Part shown: in pieces, positions 37,840 through 50,387 of the stretch
How the letters are laid out: the number at the start of each line of letters is the position of its first letter
How positions within the stretch are numbered: position 1 is the stretch's first letter
Origin: Octopus vulgaris
Lineage: Eukaryota
Assembly: GCA_951406725.2 (NCBI GenBank)
Contig: OX597833.1
Coordinates: forward strand, 8,928,001 to 8,992,000
DNA: 64,000 bases
Reading direction: 5' to 3'
Program-made: the position numbers and the translations under genes
The notes under the pieces: generated by a model
The model's database searches: none
Told to the model about the DNA's origin: nothing
What the model saw: only the letters and a program-made list of their open reading frames with translations

Positions 37840-40800
37840 GTGAGTAAAAATAGCTTTTTTTGTTCTACTTTTTTTGCAATCTGTGGTGGTTGGTGAGGTG
37901 TGTCAGACTGTTTTCTTATGATTATATTACCTAATGTGTCTTTGGGTTTTTAGGAGTTGGTTGTTATTTCTAGCAGTCATCGCCATCATGTAGCGGGTCC
38001 CTCGTTTTGATGTTTTATTCTATACAGCAACAGGTGCACAATAACGTCGTTGGTTGCGATTGAAACAACCAAAGTCAATGTTTGCTGCATTTTTGATGAT
38101 CAGAGTGAATGGGAATGTTTGTAACTCGACACAAATCAAATTCCAAGACATCGATTCTTATACCAATATACATAAACGAAAGATATACTACACACACACA
38201 CATCTACCGTTTCTAATGTTATTTACTATCTCAATACTAACCCCCCCCCCATTAACTCAGATGCACACAAAAAAATTGGTTTGTGACCCTAGATTCCAAC
38301 TATTGAATTCCTTTTGCGAGTGGAATTTGTTTGGTGAAATTTGTGCAAAAGACTTGCATAGCAGAAAGCAGTCACTGAAGTTGTGTGCTGTTGGGTCAGT
38401 TTGTTTGTAAGCACTGTATTTATGTGTGCTTGTGTGTGTGTGTATATAATAAATTAATAAATAAAACATATGCATATATACATACATATATGTACGTACC
38501 TACCTCTACATGTATATATACATGCATATATATGGGTACAGGACACCAAAAGAACGTGGAACACAAGGAGAAACGAAAACATAAACACAAAACCAAGGAA
38601 ACGGACACTTCTTTTAAACAAGGAAAAAATAGAGAACAGGAGAAATAACACAAGGAATAATATTCTAACCTTTGACAGAGAAGGAAAGCTGTTTTCTATT
38701 TAGATACCCACATACAAATTCCTTTGACTAGGCACAGCTACCTTTCGGCCTCCTTGTTACCCTCTTCCTTATCTTTCATGCATACCCCTACCCATACATG
38801 TACGACATAGGGTAACCCCACATCTACATAGCTCTCCCCACTTTCTCTCCCTCTCACCAACCCTTGAACCCTACCTTTCACTTCCCTCCCCATACCCCTC
38901 TCCCTTCCTTAACAGTGTCCCTCCAATAATCCTGTGTAATTCCAGTGAGAACCCTTTTGGACCCTGACAAACCATCCAACCCACGATGGCATGGTAGATG
39001 AACTGACCCAACCCATCATTGAGCCCACCTGCTCAACCCACCCCATTATCTCCATGTCCCTTCCCCACTCTCCATTATACTATCCCCTGACATTACTCTT
39101 CTCCCTCTACTCTGCCTTCTTTACTACCCCCCACTTCCCTCTGATATCCTTTCCATAAATCCTCCACTCACACCAAATCTGTTCCATCTATTGGAGTCGG
39201 GTGGGGAGGACTCTTTTTCACTTTGCATGGTGCCCCCCCCCCCCCCAACTGTGCTGGTGCCACAGAAAGTGTCCAGTACATTTTGTAAAGAGTTTGATGT
39301 TAGGAAAAACATCTGGCCATGGAAACCATGCCAGAAATGAGGCATTGGAACAAGGGAAACCTGTTGAATCCTGCCAAACGAGCGTGAGAAAATGGCTATG
39401 ATGATATATGCTGCATGTGTTTGTCTCTCTCTAACATGTGACAACCAGTGCTGGTTTGTTTATGTACCTGTAACTAGTAGATTGGCAAAAGACTGACCTA
39501 CAAAATACTGGGCTTGATGTGTTCTACTAAGCCTTCAAAAGTGGTGGGCCAGCACGGCTGTAATGCAATTACTGAAACAAGTAGGAAGTAAAAACACCAA
39601 GCGCACACACATACCCACACACACGTATATATGTCTACATACCCAAGCACAATTGACCTCATTTCATAATAAAAGCATGAGGGATGGTAGGAGGCACTGT
39701 TTCTTGATAAATCTTGTTTCTGAGAAAATGCTTATCTTTGTTTTGTCACAAACTATGTTCATGTGGGTTTATGTTATCTTGCTCAATACTTCTGTAATCA
39801 ATATATCCTTGATTTTGATTACAAAATGAAAGTAGTGTATAGTATCAAAGTAAAATGAGTTGAGAGATCAGTAAATTTACACAAATTAAACTGAAAAATT
39901 TACGTAATTCTTAAATAACATATCATTGTAAGTTCGCTCATGGGATTTTCCAAACTCTTGTTCTGTTTTCTCCATATTTTTATCACTTGGGTTTTCCCTT
40001 GTTCAGGGAAAACCCAAGCAGTAAAATATTAAGTAGCCATAGAAATCAATCCACTCTTTGTCAATTTTTCTCTGTATATAGAACAACTGTAATTTTTTGC
40101 TTTCAATTCATGTTTGGCTGTTTAGTTCAATCTCCATTGACTGCTTTCAGAAATATATTAATACTGTACTTAGTCACATCAAAGTATTTCCTTTCTTTGA
40201 GAAATTTATATCTATTCATAGAAATGAAACACATAACCTGTGCCAGTGACAACAGTTACTTGTTTATAATTGTTTATCTTGCTGAAGCCAATCCTTAAAT
40301 TCAGGGTTTTGCTGTCATTCTTCCTTGAATCACTGCAAATATCATTTCCTCTTTTAGTGATTCATCTTATACAAGATTTAGTGACCAAGTTGTCTATCCC
40401 TGTAATCCGTTATGTATTAGATTTCTTGAGACATCCATTACTAAAGAAGTGGCAACAAGTACAGACTCGACCAGTTGGAAATAATCCGTAGTCACAAATC
40501 TACACAGGTGGTCAGTGTCTACAACTAATGTCTTTGTGGACAGGGGCTAATTTTGTCAAAGGAGACAACTGTTCATCTGATTTCCTGCGAAGCAGCTGGA
40601 AAAGATACATCAAAACAAATTGTCTAAATTCAGTTGGTTTGTTTATTAAACATCAATTCCACAAAGCAGAAAGCACAAAGTTAAGAGTCACATTTAATGT
40701 CTGTTGATGTCCTTCTTGGTTGTGGTTCATCTAACTGACCACAATGTAGAGCAATGCTTCTAACCAGAGAATTATAATGATTAAACATTGATGGAGAAGC

Positions 40801-43164
40801 ACTCTCTGATTAAAGATAGATTGAGCAGTACTCTCTGGCTAAAGACTGGGGAGCATTTTCTGACTAAAGATAGATGAATAGAATGGATGCATGCAGACTA
40901 TCAGAACAACTTTACTTGAATAATTAGACAGTTGTGGATCTTTGATTGTCACTATAATGGGGGGGGGGGGGTTGTATCTGTTTTCTTGATTTCTCTGCCA
41001 ACTCTCATCGCTGGCAAACACTCTTGTTCTATGAATTTCTTTGTAGCAACAACAACAACAACGGTTTGTTTTTCTTGACTCAGACTTCAATTGAGTTGTT
41101 TGTAAAACTCTCTGGCCTAAACCAAAACACCAAGTCACATGGGCCGAAACAGGGTCGATTTCATAACACCTTGAGAAATCTGACATTCAAGGTGTTTGTG
41201 CATGTGCTAGAGAGGGCTGAATGTGACACCAGGTAGAAACTGGGGCAGGGAAAGTTTCTAGCTTTGAATTTGGAAAACGATTTTCATGAATAAAGCCAAA
41301 TGTTAAAAATGGATTGATATGGCTAAACTGAGTCAACAAAACATTTGAAAAAATGTGTCCAAAAATAAAGTTGCTGATCTAAGCTTTGATGCTTCTTGGG
41401 AAAGTTTTAGGGATCAGAATTCTTTTTATGAGTTGAGGTGCTTAGATTCAAGAAAAAGAATCTTACAGATTGGTTTTCTTATAATAATGTTAGTATCAGC
41501 CAGTAACTGGTTATGAAAAGATTTCCTTTACCAATCTATATTAGACTTCAATCTGAAAAACAAAAACTGAGTGTTGAAAACTCTTGAAGTAGATGAGGTA
41601 ATGAAAGGTGAGGAGGATTAACGAGCATGGAGCAACTCTCTCAACAAAGGTGCAAATTACTTTTGATAAGAAAGACTACAACAATATTGGATTCACAAAA
41701 TTCTTGTCCCAATGTAGAAAAGGCAAAACCCTCTAAATCCATGGCTGATAGTTCTTGAATTCTTGTGGCAAGGTTTTATCTAAACTTTCATTAGCAAATG
41801 ACATCTGCCCCTCAAAGCTCGTTAAAACACTATCTAGTTTTAAATCAAGGACCGGTACTTGTAATACATAACTTTCTCTACAATCAGCAGGTGCTTTATA
41901 TCAGGTCTTTGTTGACTTAAAAGAAAGACTTTAATATTGTTAACTGAGCAGAATTGTGAAAAATTCTTGGAATGTTGGGTTGTTCACCAGATTTTGTGAA
42001 CATCTTTAAGGAATTACATCAAAGCATGATAGCTTGAATCAATTTCAAAGGGTAACTTTGCTAAAATTGCTACAGAAAATAGAGTGAAGAAGAGAAATAT
42101 CCCAGTCCCTAAATATGGCTGAACTAGCCATAGTTAGGATTTTCATGACTGAGACATTGGTATTGAGCTGAATAATGGAAGGAATTTTTGATCTCTGCAG
42201 ATTCAATTGTAAGTCTAAGATGTTCAAAACTTTGGTACTAGAATTGTTTTATTGCTGGAATTGAAAATGACATAAATTGATTTTCAGCCGTGGTCTGAGA
42301 ATAAGCTTGAACAAGAGGAAAGTAATGTTCACTGCTGTGTTGAGCCAAAAATCTGCATGAAAGGCAAAAGGTCAAAGGTTTTCAATACCTTGCATTTGCC
42401 ATATTTGTACAGTGAATAACAAACTGTTAATCAAGGAAGTATTGACTGTGATATCAAGCAAAAGTCCTGAGTCATTCTTGTGGAAATGCTCAGTCATTTC
42501 GTGTTATGTTTACACTCGAGCAATCCTGTAAAAACTGGAGATTGTTGTGGCGAGCGTCATTGACAGCCCTGTCATATTGGAAGAACGGACAAGTTGGACT
42601 CTTGTAAAAAGTAGGTTGAGATGAGAGGAGAGTTGTAGGAGTCATTGAGAGTTTGTATTTGTTGGAGTATCATGTTTAGTGGAGTAATTTGAAGTATGTT
42701 GTGTGAAGAGAGTTGAGTTTGTCCCCACTTTGTGAAATCTGTATATCCAATGTCATAGAAGGATGTAAAAGAGATGCAGATGTATCATTGTCTGTGGAAT
42801 TTGTGGCTCCAACATCCTACTCACCTAATACAGAGTCTTATGAACTTGGTGTTATACACTCGTGTTGTGTGTTTAAAGTTGGAGCTGTGACTGAGGTGGA
42901 ATCTGCCATTCTTGTATTCAGAAACCACCAAACAAACACCACAAGGCAATATATATATCTATCGTTATAATTAATTGCATCTTCAGAGGGAAATTTTATA
43001 TAATGTTTATTGAGAAATAGCAACCAAATCTTCCTCAAACCACAACCTACTCTCTGTTTAGAAAGAAGATGAAGAAAGAGCAAAAGTGAAAGGAGTCATC
43101 GTGTTATTCCCTCTCCCTGTAATAGGGGAATAGAAGGAGGAAGACTGAAATGTGCATCAGAGAG

Positions 43165-43197
<33 letters not shown>

Positions 43198-43362
43198 CAG
43201 CAATACTTTTTGTGTGACATCAAACTGTTTTTCTTCCTTTCGGTCTGTGTGTGGGTGGGTGTGTTTATGTAGAAGAGTGGGGGTTGATCTTTTTTTTACC
43301 TGTCAAACCCATGACAAAATGGACAGTGGTAATCACTATCCTTTAATGTCCACTTTCCATGC

Positions 43363-44140
43363 TAGTTAGTTAGTTAGTTAATTTGGCTCAAAAGCAAATA
43401 GCAAGGCCATGTAGGGGGACATGGAGTTAAGTACAGGGTGGTGTTCATGTAGAGTTCAGACCACTTGAGGTCCAGGGAGGCTTTGAACAAAGCGGTCATC
43501 GGCATCTTCACCATCTCGTCTGGCAGCTTGTTCCACGGATCCGCAACCCGGACGGAGAAAGCTCCTCTCCTTCGATTGAGATGAAATCGTCGCAGGTAGA
43601 GCTTTTCGGAATGACCCCGCAGCCGACGCTCCGGAGCAGGAGTGAAGAACAGCTCTTTCGAGAGGTTACACTTCCCGCTTATGATGTTGTGGGCGAGAAT
43701 GAGATCACCACGGCGGCGGCGTTTTTCAAGAGAATAAAGGTCGAGCGTCCTCAGCCTTTCTTCGTAGGACAAATTTTTGAGACCATGAACCATGCGGGTA
43801 GCCAGCCTCTGGACTCTTTCGAGATGCTGTATGTCTTTGAGGAGATAAGGAGAAGAGGCTTGAATCCCATACTCCAATATGGGTCTCACCAGCGTGACAT
43901 AGAGTGGCAGGAATATGGCTGCTGTGAGCATTCCGAATGACCGTCGAATCAAAAACAGAATTCCGCGCGCTTTGTTGGCAGCATGGACGCACTGGGCCGA
44001 AGGCGAAAAGGAGGAATCCACCAAGATACCCAGGTCCTTTACCTGATCGGTCCTCTCCAGCAGCAGACGACCCGGCTCGAAATCAAGTTGAGTTGCAGGA
44101 GTAGAGCCGACAGGCAGATGACAGCACTTTGACATGTTCA
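43363..44140 (-). mobile_element. CR1-type LINE 3' end with (TAAC)n tail
   Basis: KDLGILVD...LVRPILEY...ERVQRLATR...RRRRGDLI...LRGH...WNKLP; open frame suggests a recent copy. Confidence 0.92.
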
Positions 44141-44879
44141 GACACATGGACTGGTCAGTTTGGCAGGAGCCGGCAAGCCAGAAGACTGCACCAAGCACTG
44201 TTTGTCTGTTTTGGCTTTCTTTCTGTAGTCAGATGCCCTTCCTAATGCCAACCACCTGATGTTATGGATTGGACCCTTTTTACGTGGCACCAACAGCAAG
44301 TTCTCCAAGTACTTTGCAAGACAAAGACTCCTCAACTTAGTTGGAAGGTGACTTTGTACCAGTTGATGAGAAGTTAACGTAAGAATCCTCTTCCGTTCCT
44401 GCCATCTCCACTGACAGCAGAATATGTACGGCCATGGGATGTAGTATGAATCTCTGTTTTTGGATCTACTTCATGTTCGTTTCGTCAGCCATACTCCTCC
44501 TTGTTTGCTTGGGACATGTTAGAAAAGTGAGTTTTCTTTCTCTTTGGTTGCTTTCACCATAGCAACAAGAGCTCCCTCTGTTCTTACAAGAATCTATTTA
44601 ACTTCGTTCTGCCATTCCAGGTCAGAATGGACATGGAACTAATAGTAATTAAAAGGTGATTTCATGATCCCCACAACTCCAGACCCTCCAAACTGGACCC
44701 TCAACACTGGTTGCAGTTTAATGTCATACCCAGCGTATAAACTGAGGGACAGAAATAAGTGCAGTAGACAAGGTACGTAGCGTCCCCAGTTGGATAAAAA
44801 GAGATGGTTATATACCCCTCAAGTTACAGGCATGGGTATATAAGTGAAGTGGTACAGAGGATGGAGTATAGTGAATCCT

Positions 44880-44915
<36 letters not shown>

Positions 44916-44991
44916 TAGTAGTGATGCTGCTGATAATTTTGAAGAAACGCAGCTTTTATGTATGATTTTTCTTTTTCAGATTCATTTGGAA

Positions 44992-45158
44992 ATGAAGGGC
45001 CAAGAAAATGAGCCTGGGGCCTGTATACTTCAGCTGGAGACAGCCATAACTTCAGGGGATGTGAAAGCTGCCCAAACTCTTGTTGCTCAACTTGCAAGAC
45101 AGAAGACATCAGTGAAGATTGAACTCCTTCATAAAGAACCCATTGACACAGAATATCG
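44992..45158 (+). CDS. RBCK1: RBCK1-like LTM exon (exon starts at 44980)
   Basis: ttttcag acceptor ending 44979; MKGQENEPGACILQLETAITSGD...EY; gtcagt donor. Confidence 0.85.
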
Positions 45159-48100
45159 GTCAGTATTCATTTCAGTTTCCCTTTTTACTTGTAAGTTCTC
45201 TCATGCAGAGCAGGGTCAGCTGTGTGGTCAAGATGTTTGCTTTCCAACTCTGTTGGTCAAGTATCTTCTAATATAGCCCCAGGCAGACCAAAGCCTTGTG
45301 AGTGGATTGGTTGACAGAGACTGAAAGAAGCCTATAGTGTGTGTGTGTGTAGGGGGAGGGTTGTTTGCCTTGAAATTACTTGGTTGTTGTAAATGAGTAT
45401 CACTGTCGTACAAGCAGGGTCCTTTGTTTCCAGTTTTTTTTTTTTGTGTGTAAACATGTCTGGCTGCTTTGGGGAAATATTGTCTTGCTTGGAAACCTCC
45501 ACCTGCCAACAGTCATGTGGACCCGCGGTGAGGGTCACTTGTCTAAACAATCCTTAAAAACTTGTTTTCTCTATTCTGTTATTTCTTTAAATTTTTTTCA
45601 GCATCAAGATTTATATTGAAGACAGAGTCTCTTCAGCGCCACCTTTTGTGATGAAAATTAATTCCAAGACAACAGTAAGAGAACTTAAGAGAATGGTAAA
45701 TTAGTTTTGAGATCATTTCACTTAATGTTTTCCCCTCAGCCAGTCACTTTCTCCCAACTCACCCCACCCCTCAATCAGCCCTTCTCATTTTCTTCCACTT
45801 TCACTATACCCTTTATTACTCCTTATATAAAAATCTTCTCATCTTCCCTTCTGCTCCCAGCCAACCTCTGTCAGTTTTTTTTTAATCTCATTTTTCGCAA
45901 CACACTCTGCCCACTATTATGGGGTTTGAACCCCAAAAGTAAAGAGCTGCAACTTAACACTTTGCTTCCCAAGCCTAATTAGCCCCAATGGTCTTAGTTT
46001 GCCCTGAATTATGTGTTGTTTTAATTTTTTTAACCCCGTCTAAGTTTACTACTTTACTATGAGGGGTCATTGAAAAGTCCCTGGCTTTGGGTAAAAGAAA
46101 ATACAGGAAGATCAATTAGTTAATTATGATTTTATCCAACATATTCCTCTCTCAGATTCACACACCTATTGCAATGGTCCTTCAGTTTTTCTAAGACCTT
46201 TAAAAGAATTTGGAATGGTACATTATATTCTACTGATGCATTGTATACACCATATTAAGGGCAGCACATATCCTTGTTAACTCTACACATTAAGGGTACA
46301 TCCCTGCTCCTGTTAATTCGGTTGACAGTATTTACTACAAGTAAAGTCTCTCCATAAACATTAAGGTTACCACATGTCTGTACTACAGCCAAGTTGTGCA
46401 CAGATTAAGAATTTCTCTAGAGTTGCTGTAATGTTGCCCCTTATATTTCAATAAATCTTACACTATAATACTTTTCTTCACATTTCCTTGAGCAATTTCT
46501 GATTTTCTTTTCCATTTTCTAATTGACATTTAGGTCTTCCTCAAATATAACTTACCTGTACAAGTCCAGAGGCTAATTGTGTCTCATAAAATTCCCAAAG
46601 AGAAGGATGTTTTATCAAAACATGGTGTCAAAGAAGGCAGTAGTGTGTTTATTTACCTCGTTCCTGCAAATAAAGTTAACCTAACAAAAGAACAAGTTGA
46701 TAAGGAAAGATGTGCAGCAGCTGAATTACAAAGTAATTAAAATTTTTGTATCTTTGCTGGTCATAGTTGATGTTTTGTTGCATTTTGTGTTGTTTCCATT
46801 TCTTTATTTCACTTTATTGTACCTGTGTTATTATCAGTGCATGAGTCTGTTAGGTTTTGGCATGTTTTTCCTTTGTTTTTTCTTTTCTTTCATTTCCATA
46901 CAGCCGGATGTCCTTCCTATCAACTGTGAATTTTATCAGGCCACCAATATAAGAACAGTTCTCTGATAGCTAAGGGGTCGCTTCTACATTCACAGTTTCT
47001 ATTTAGATATTAGTCTTCTAAACGAGTCATCTTCACTTGCAAAATTTACATCTCTGTTTGATAAAGGATATTTGACTGCCATATATAAGAACCAACAGCC
47101 CTTGGTACCACACCAAAGTGCAATACGAACCATTTTGTGAGATCACATTTAGAGTTATGTAATTCACTCATTAGGTTCACAAACAGCCTACAATTGTGTC
47201 GAGGACGCCTCTAATTACTGCATCTTTTAACGACTTTCAGTCTACTTAAACTGTTTGTTCTTTGTTTGCATGCTTGATGAGTAATATACATAATTATGAC
47301 AGATTTTCTCACAAGTGTATCCTGAAAATTGTATAATAAATATACAGAATGATTCAAAAGTCATTTAAGCCTTGATTAGAGTCAATTAAAAATTGAGATC
47401 AGTTGACTTTTTAATGTCTCTTCCTGTTTCTCTTTCCCCTTCGTCATCTCTTCACTACAGCCATTCATTAACCCACCTCAAACCCCAGTCCTCTGGGCAC
47501 CACCATGATCGAGGAATTCTTGGACTCTTTCCTTCTGTCCTGCTCTTCATCATTCCACCCACCTGCACCTAAACCTTCTAGTTGGTCTAAGTATGGCTGG
47601 ACACACAAACAGGATAACCATTATTTTGGGACATTTTTAGGATGGTCTAGAATATTCTCTCATCTTCTGATAATGACAGTGAGTGTGTGTGTGTATGCAT
47701 GCGCACTTGTATGTGTACATGTATATGTATGTGCATGTGTGTATATATGCATGTATTTATATGTATGTATGTATATATTAATGCCTCGATATACAAGTTA
47801 ATTTGTTCCCGAAAACTGCTTGTAAAGCAAAAACTCGTAAAGCAGACCAATAATTTCCCATAGTATATATGTTATAAATTGTAATTTGTTCCCAGAAAAA
47901 TCTTTTAACAATAAAATTTATAATACTCATAAAGAAATGGCAATAAAACAACAGTAGAATGCAAAGAATATTTTCTGTAAAATAAGAAGAATGTCAAGAT
48001 CATTTCTAATACGAAATATTTTTATAATTGTTTTCTGAATCGTTTCTTCAGCTGGATGGCCTTCCTAGTGCCAACTGCTCCGAGAGTGTAACGGGTACTT

Positions 48101-50355
48101 TTTGTGTGACATTCCCATCACACTGGCAACAGCCATGACTATGATTCCATGGTTGCCATTTACAACAACCATAGCTACAATTTCACTTGGCTTCATGAGT
48201 CTTCTCAAACACAGCATATTGTGAAAGGTCTCGGTCACTTGTCATCACCTCTGTTAGGCCCAGTGTTTGAAGAACATGCTTCAACACCTTGTCCCATGTC
48301 TACCTATTTCACAGGTTCCTTCCACAGAGATTAGCACTTCTTTACACAGCTGTCCTCATCCACATGCATCACATGACCATACCAGTGCACACCACATCTC
48401 ATGGCTCTTTTGCCCAGTTTTTGTCTCCAGTCGTTTATGCTCTGTCATGTGTGCATTCTGACATTGTACGTCCAGCAGAGTATACTGGCTTCATTTCTTA
48501 AGCTTTTGCATGTCCTCTGTGGTCACATCCCATGTTTCACTACCATGGAACATGGCTGTTTGCACACAGGCATCATATAGTCTGCCTTTCATTCTGAGGG
48601 AGAGGCCCTTTGTTACCGACAAAGTTAGAAGCTCTCTGAACTTTGCCCAGCCTAATCTTATTCTAGCAGCTACGCTCTCGGAACATCCACTTCCACTACT
48701 GACTTGGTCAACTAGGTAACAGAAGCTATCAACTACTTCTACGTATCCCCCTGCTGGCGTTTGATAATCTATTTTCTGTACATTTGCCAATCACAAAAAC
48801 TATTTTCTCTGTTAACCTTCCTTTGATATTGCTGCACCTTTTATGTGTCCATAGCTTGCAGTGTTGACTTCTTATGAAGTTTCTAACTCTGCCTTTTCTA
48901 CAGATTGAGCAGGGCCATTTCTCCACTTTCCTTCTTACTAAGACTTTAGTCTTTACTACATTAACTCTAAGGCCCTTTGGTTCTAGACCTTGCTTCCACA
49001 CTTGAAATTTCTTCTCTAGTTCTGGAAGTGATTCAGCTATGAGAAACAAGGACATTAGCATAGAGGAGCTCCCAGGGGCAACCCTTCTTAAATTTCTCTG
49101 TTATTGCCTAGAAGACTAGGACGAACAAAAAGGGCTGGAGGACTGATCCTTGGTGAACCCCCTACTTGTACCCTGAATTTGTCACTATACTCATTGCCAA
49201 CCATCGCCTTACTGATAGCATCCCTGCACATGGCTTGTACAGCTCCCACCAGCCACACCTCCATCCTTAGTTTCCGCATTGGCCACCAGATAAGGGAGTG
49301 GGGAACCCTGTCAAAGGCTTCCTCCAAGTCCAACAAAAGCCGAGTACAGAAGTTTATTTTTGGCTCGGTACTTCTTTTGCTGCTGCTTTACCAGGAATAT
49401 AGCATCAGTGGTGCTTCTCCCTGGCACTAAAACCAAACTGCATCTCATCTCGACTAACTCTCTTCCTAATTAGTTGGGCTGTGACCCTCTCCATGACTTT
49501 CATCCCCTGATCCAACAATCTGATACCTCTGTAATTATTTCTAAGGCATCACCTTTCCCTTTGTAGTAGTTGACTATGGTGCTGCTACACTAGTCATTGG
49601 GTATGACTCCCTCATGTACAACCTGGTTAACTATATGGGTGATTCGGCCATAATGCACACCAGCTGATATTTTAAGCATCTCTGCAGTGATTCCTGAGGG
49701 GACTGGGGGTTTTCCTGGTCTTCATATCCTTCTGTTGCATCCACAGTGGGCAGACTCTTCTCCCGTGCATTCTCCACTTTTAGTAGACTTTCATAATGAA
49801 ACTTCCAAACTTTTACATCAGACATAAAAACATGTTGCTCTCTTATTGGTTGATTTTGCATTTACAACTAGCCAAAGCAATCTATTATGAATTCATAAAA
49901 TGAAATAAGAAAACATTAGTTGAAAATGCTTCAATATTTTAAAGAATTCCTTAAAAATTAGAATAACTATAGAAGTTTTACTGACAGCAAAAGACAAACA
50001 GCATAAAGTGACATAACATGTAAAATTAGCCATAAAATTGAGCAGACGTAACCATTGTATAATTTTAAAATCTGTTATAATTATTATCGCCACGATCCTT
50101 TGTGGATGTCAAGAAACCCCCAGTTTTTCTGATCAACTTTGTTCTGATGATGATAATGGCCGAGTTTTGAAGCATTACTGGAATTCCCAACACAGCTGAT
50201 GCAAATTAAATATGATAAATATAAAATACGTTATAAGGAAATATGAAAAGTCATTAAATACAAAAAAGATTAAATGCCAACATAATCATGTTTTTAATAC
50301 TTGCACACACAAATATGTGTGGATGTGTGTGCGTATATGCATGCATGTATGTATT

Positions 50356-50387
<32 letters not shown>

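Noticed and set aside
47461-47600. Candidate RBCK1-like exon after a strong polypyrimidine acceptor
   Set aside because: The required phase 1 hits an immediate TAA, and the other frames show no homology.
50145-50200. ATGATGA...CTGA possible C/D snoRNA
   Set aside because: No terminal stem, very short, and only loose rRNA complementarity.
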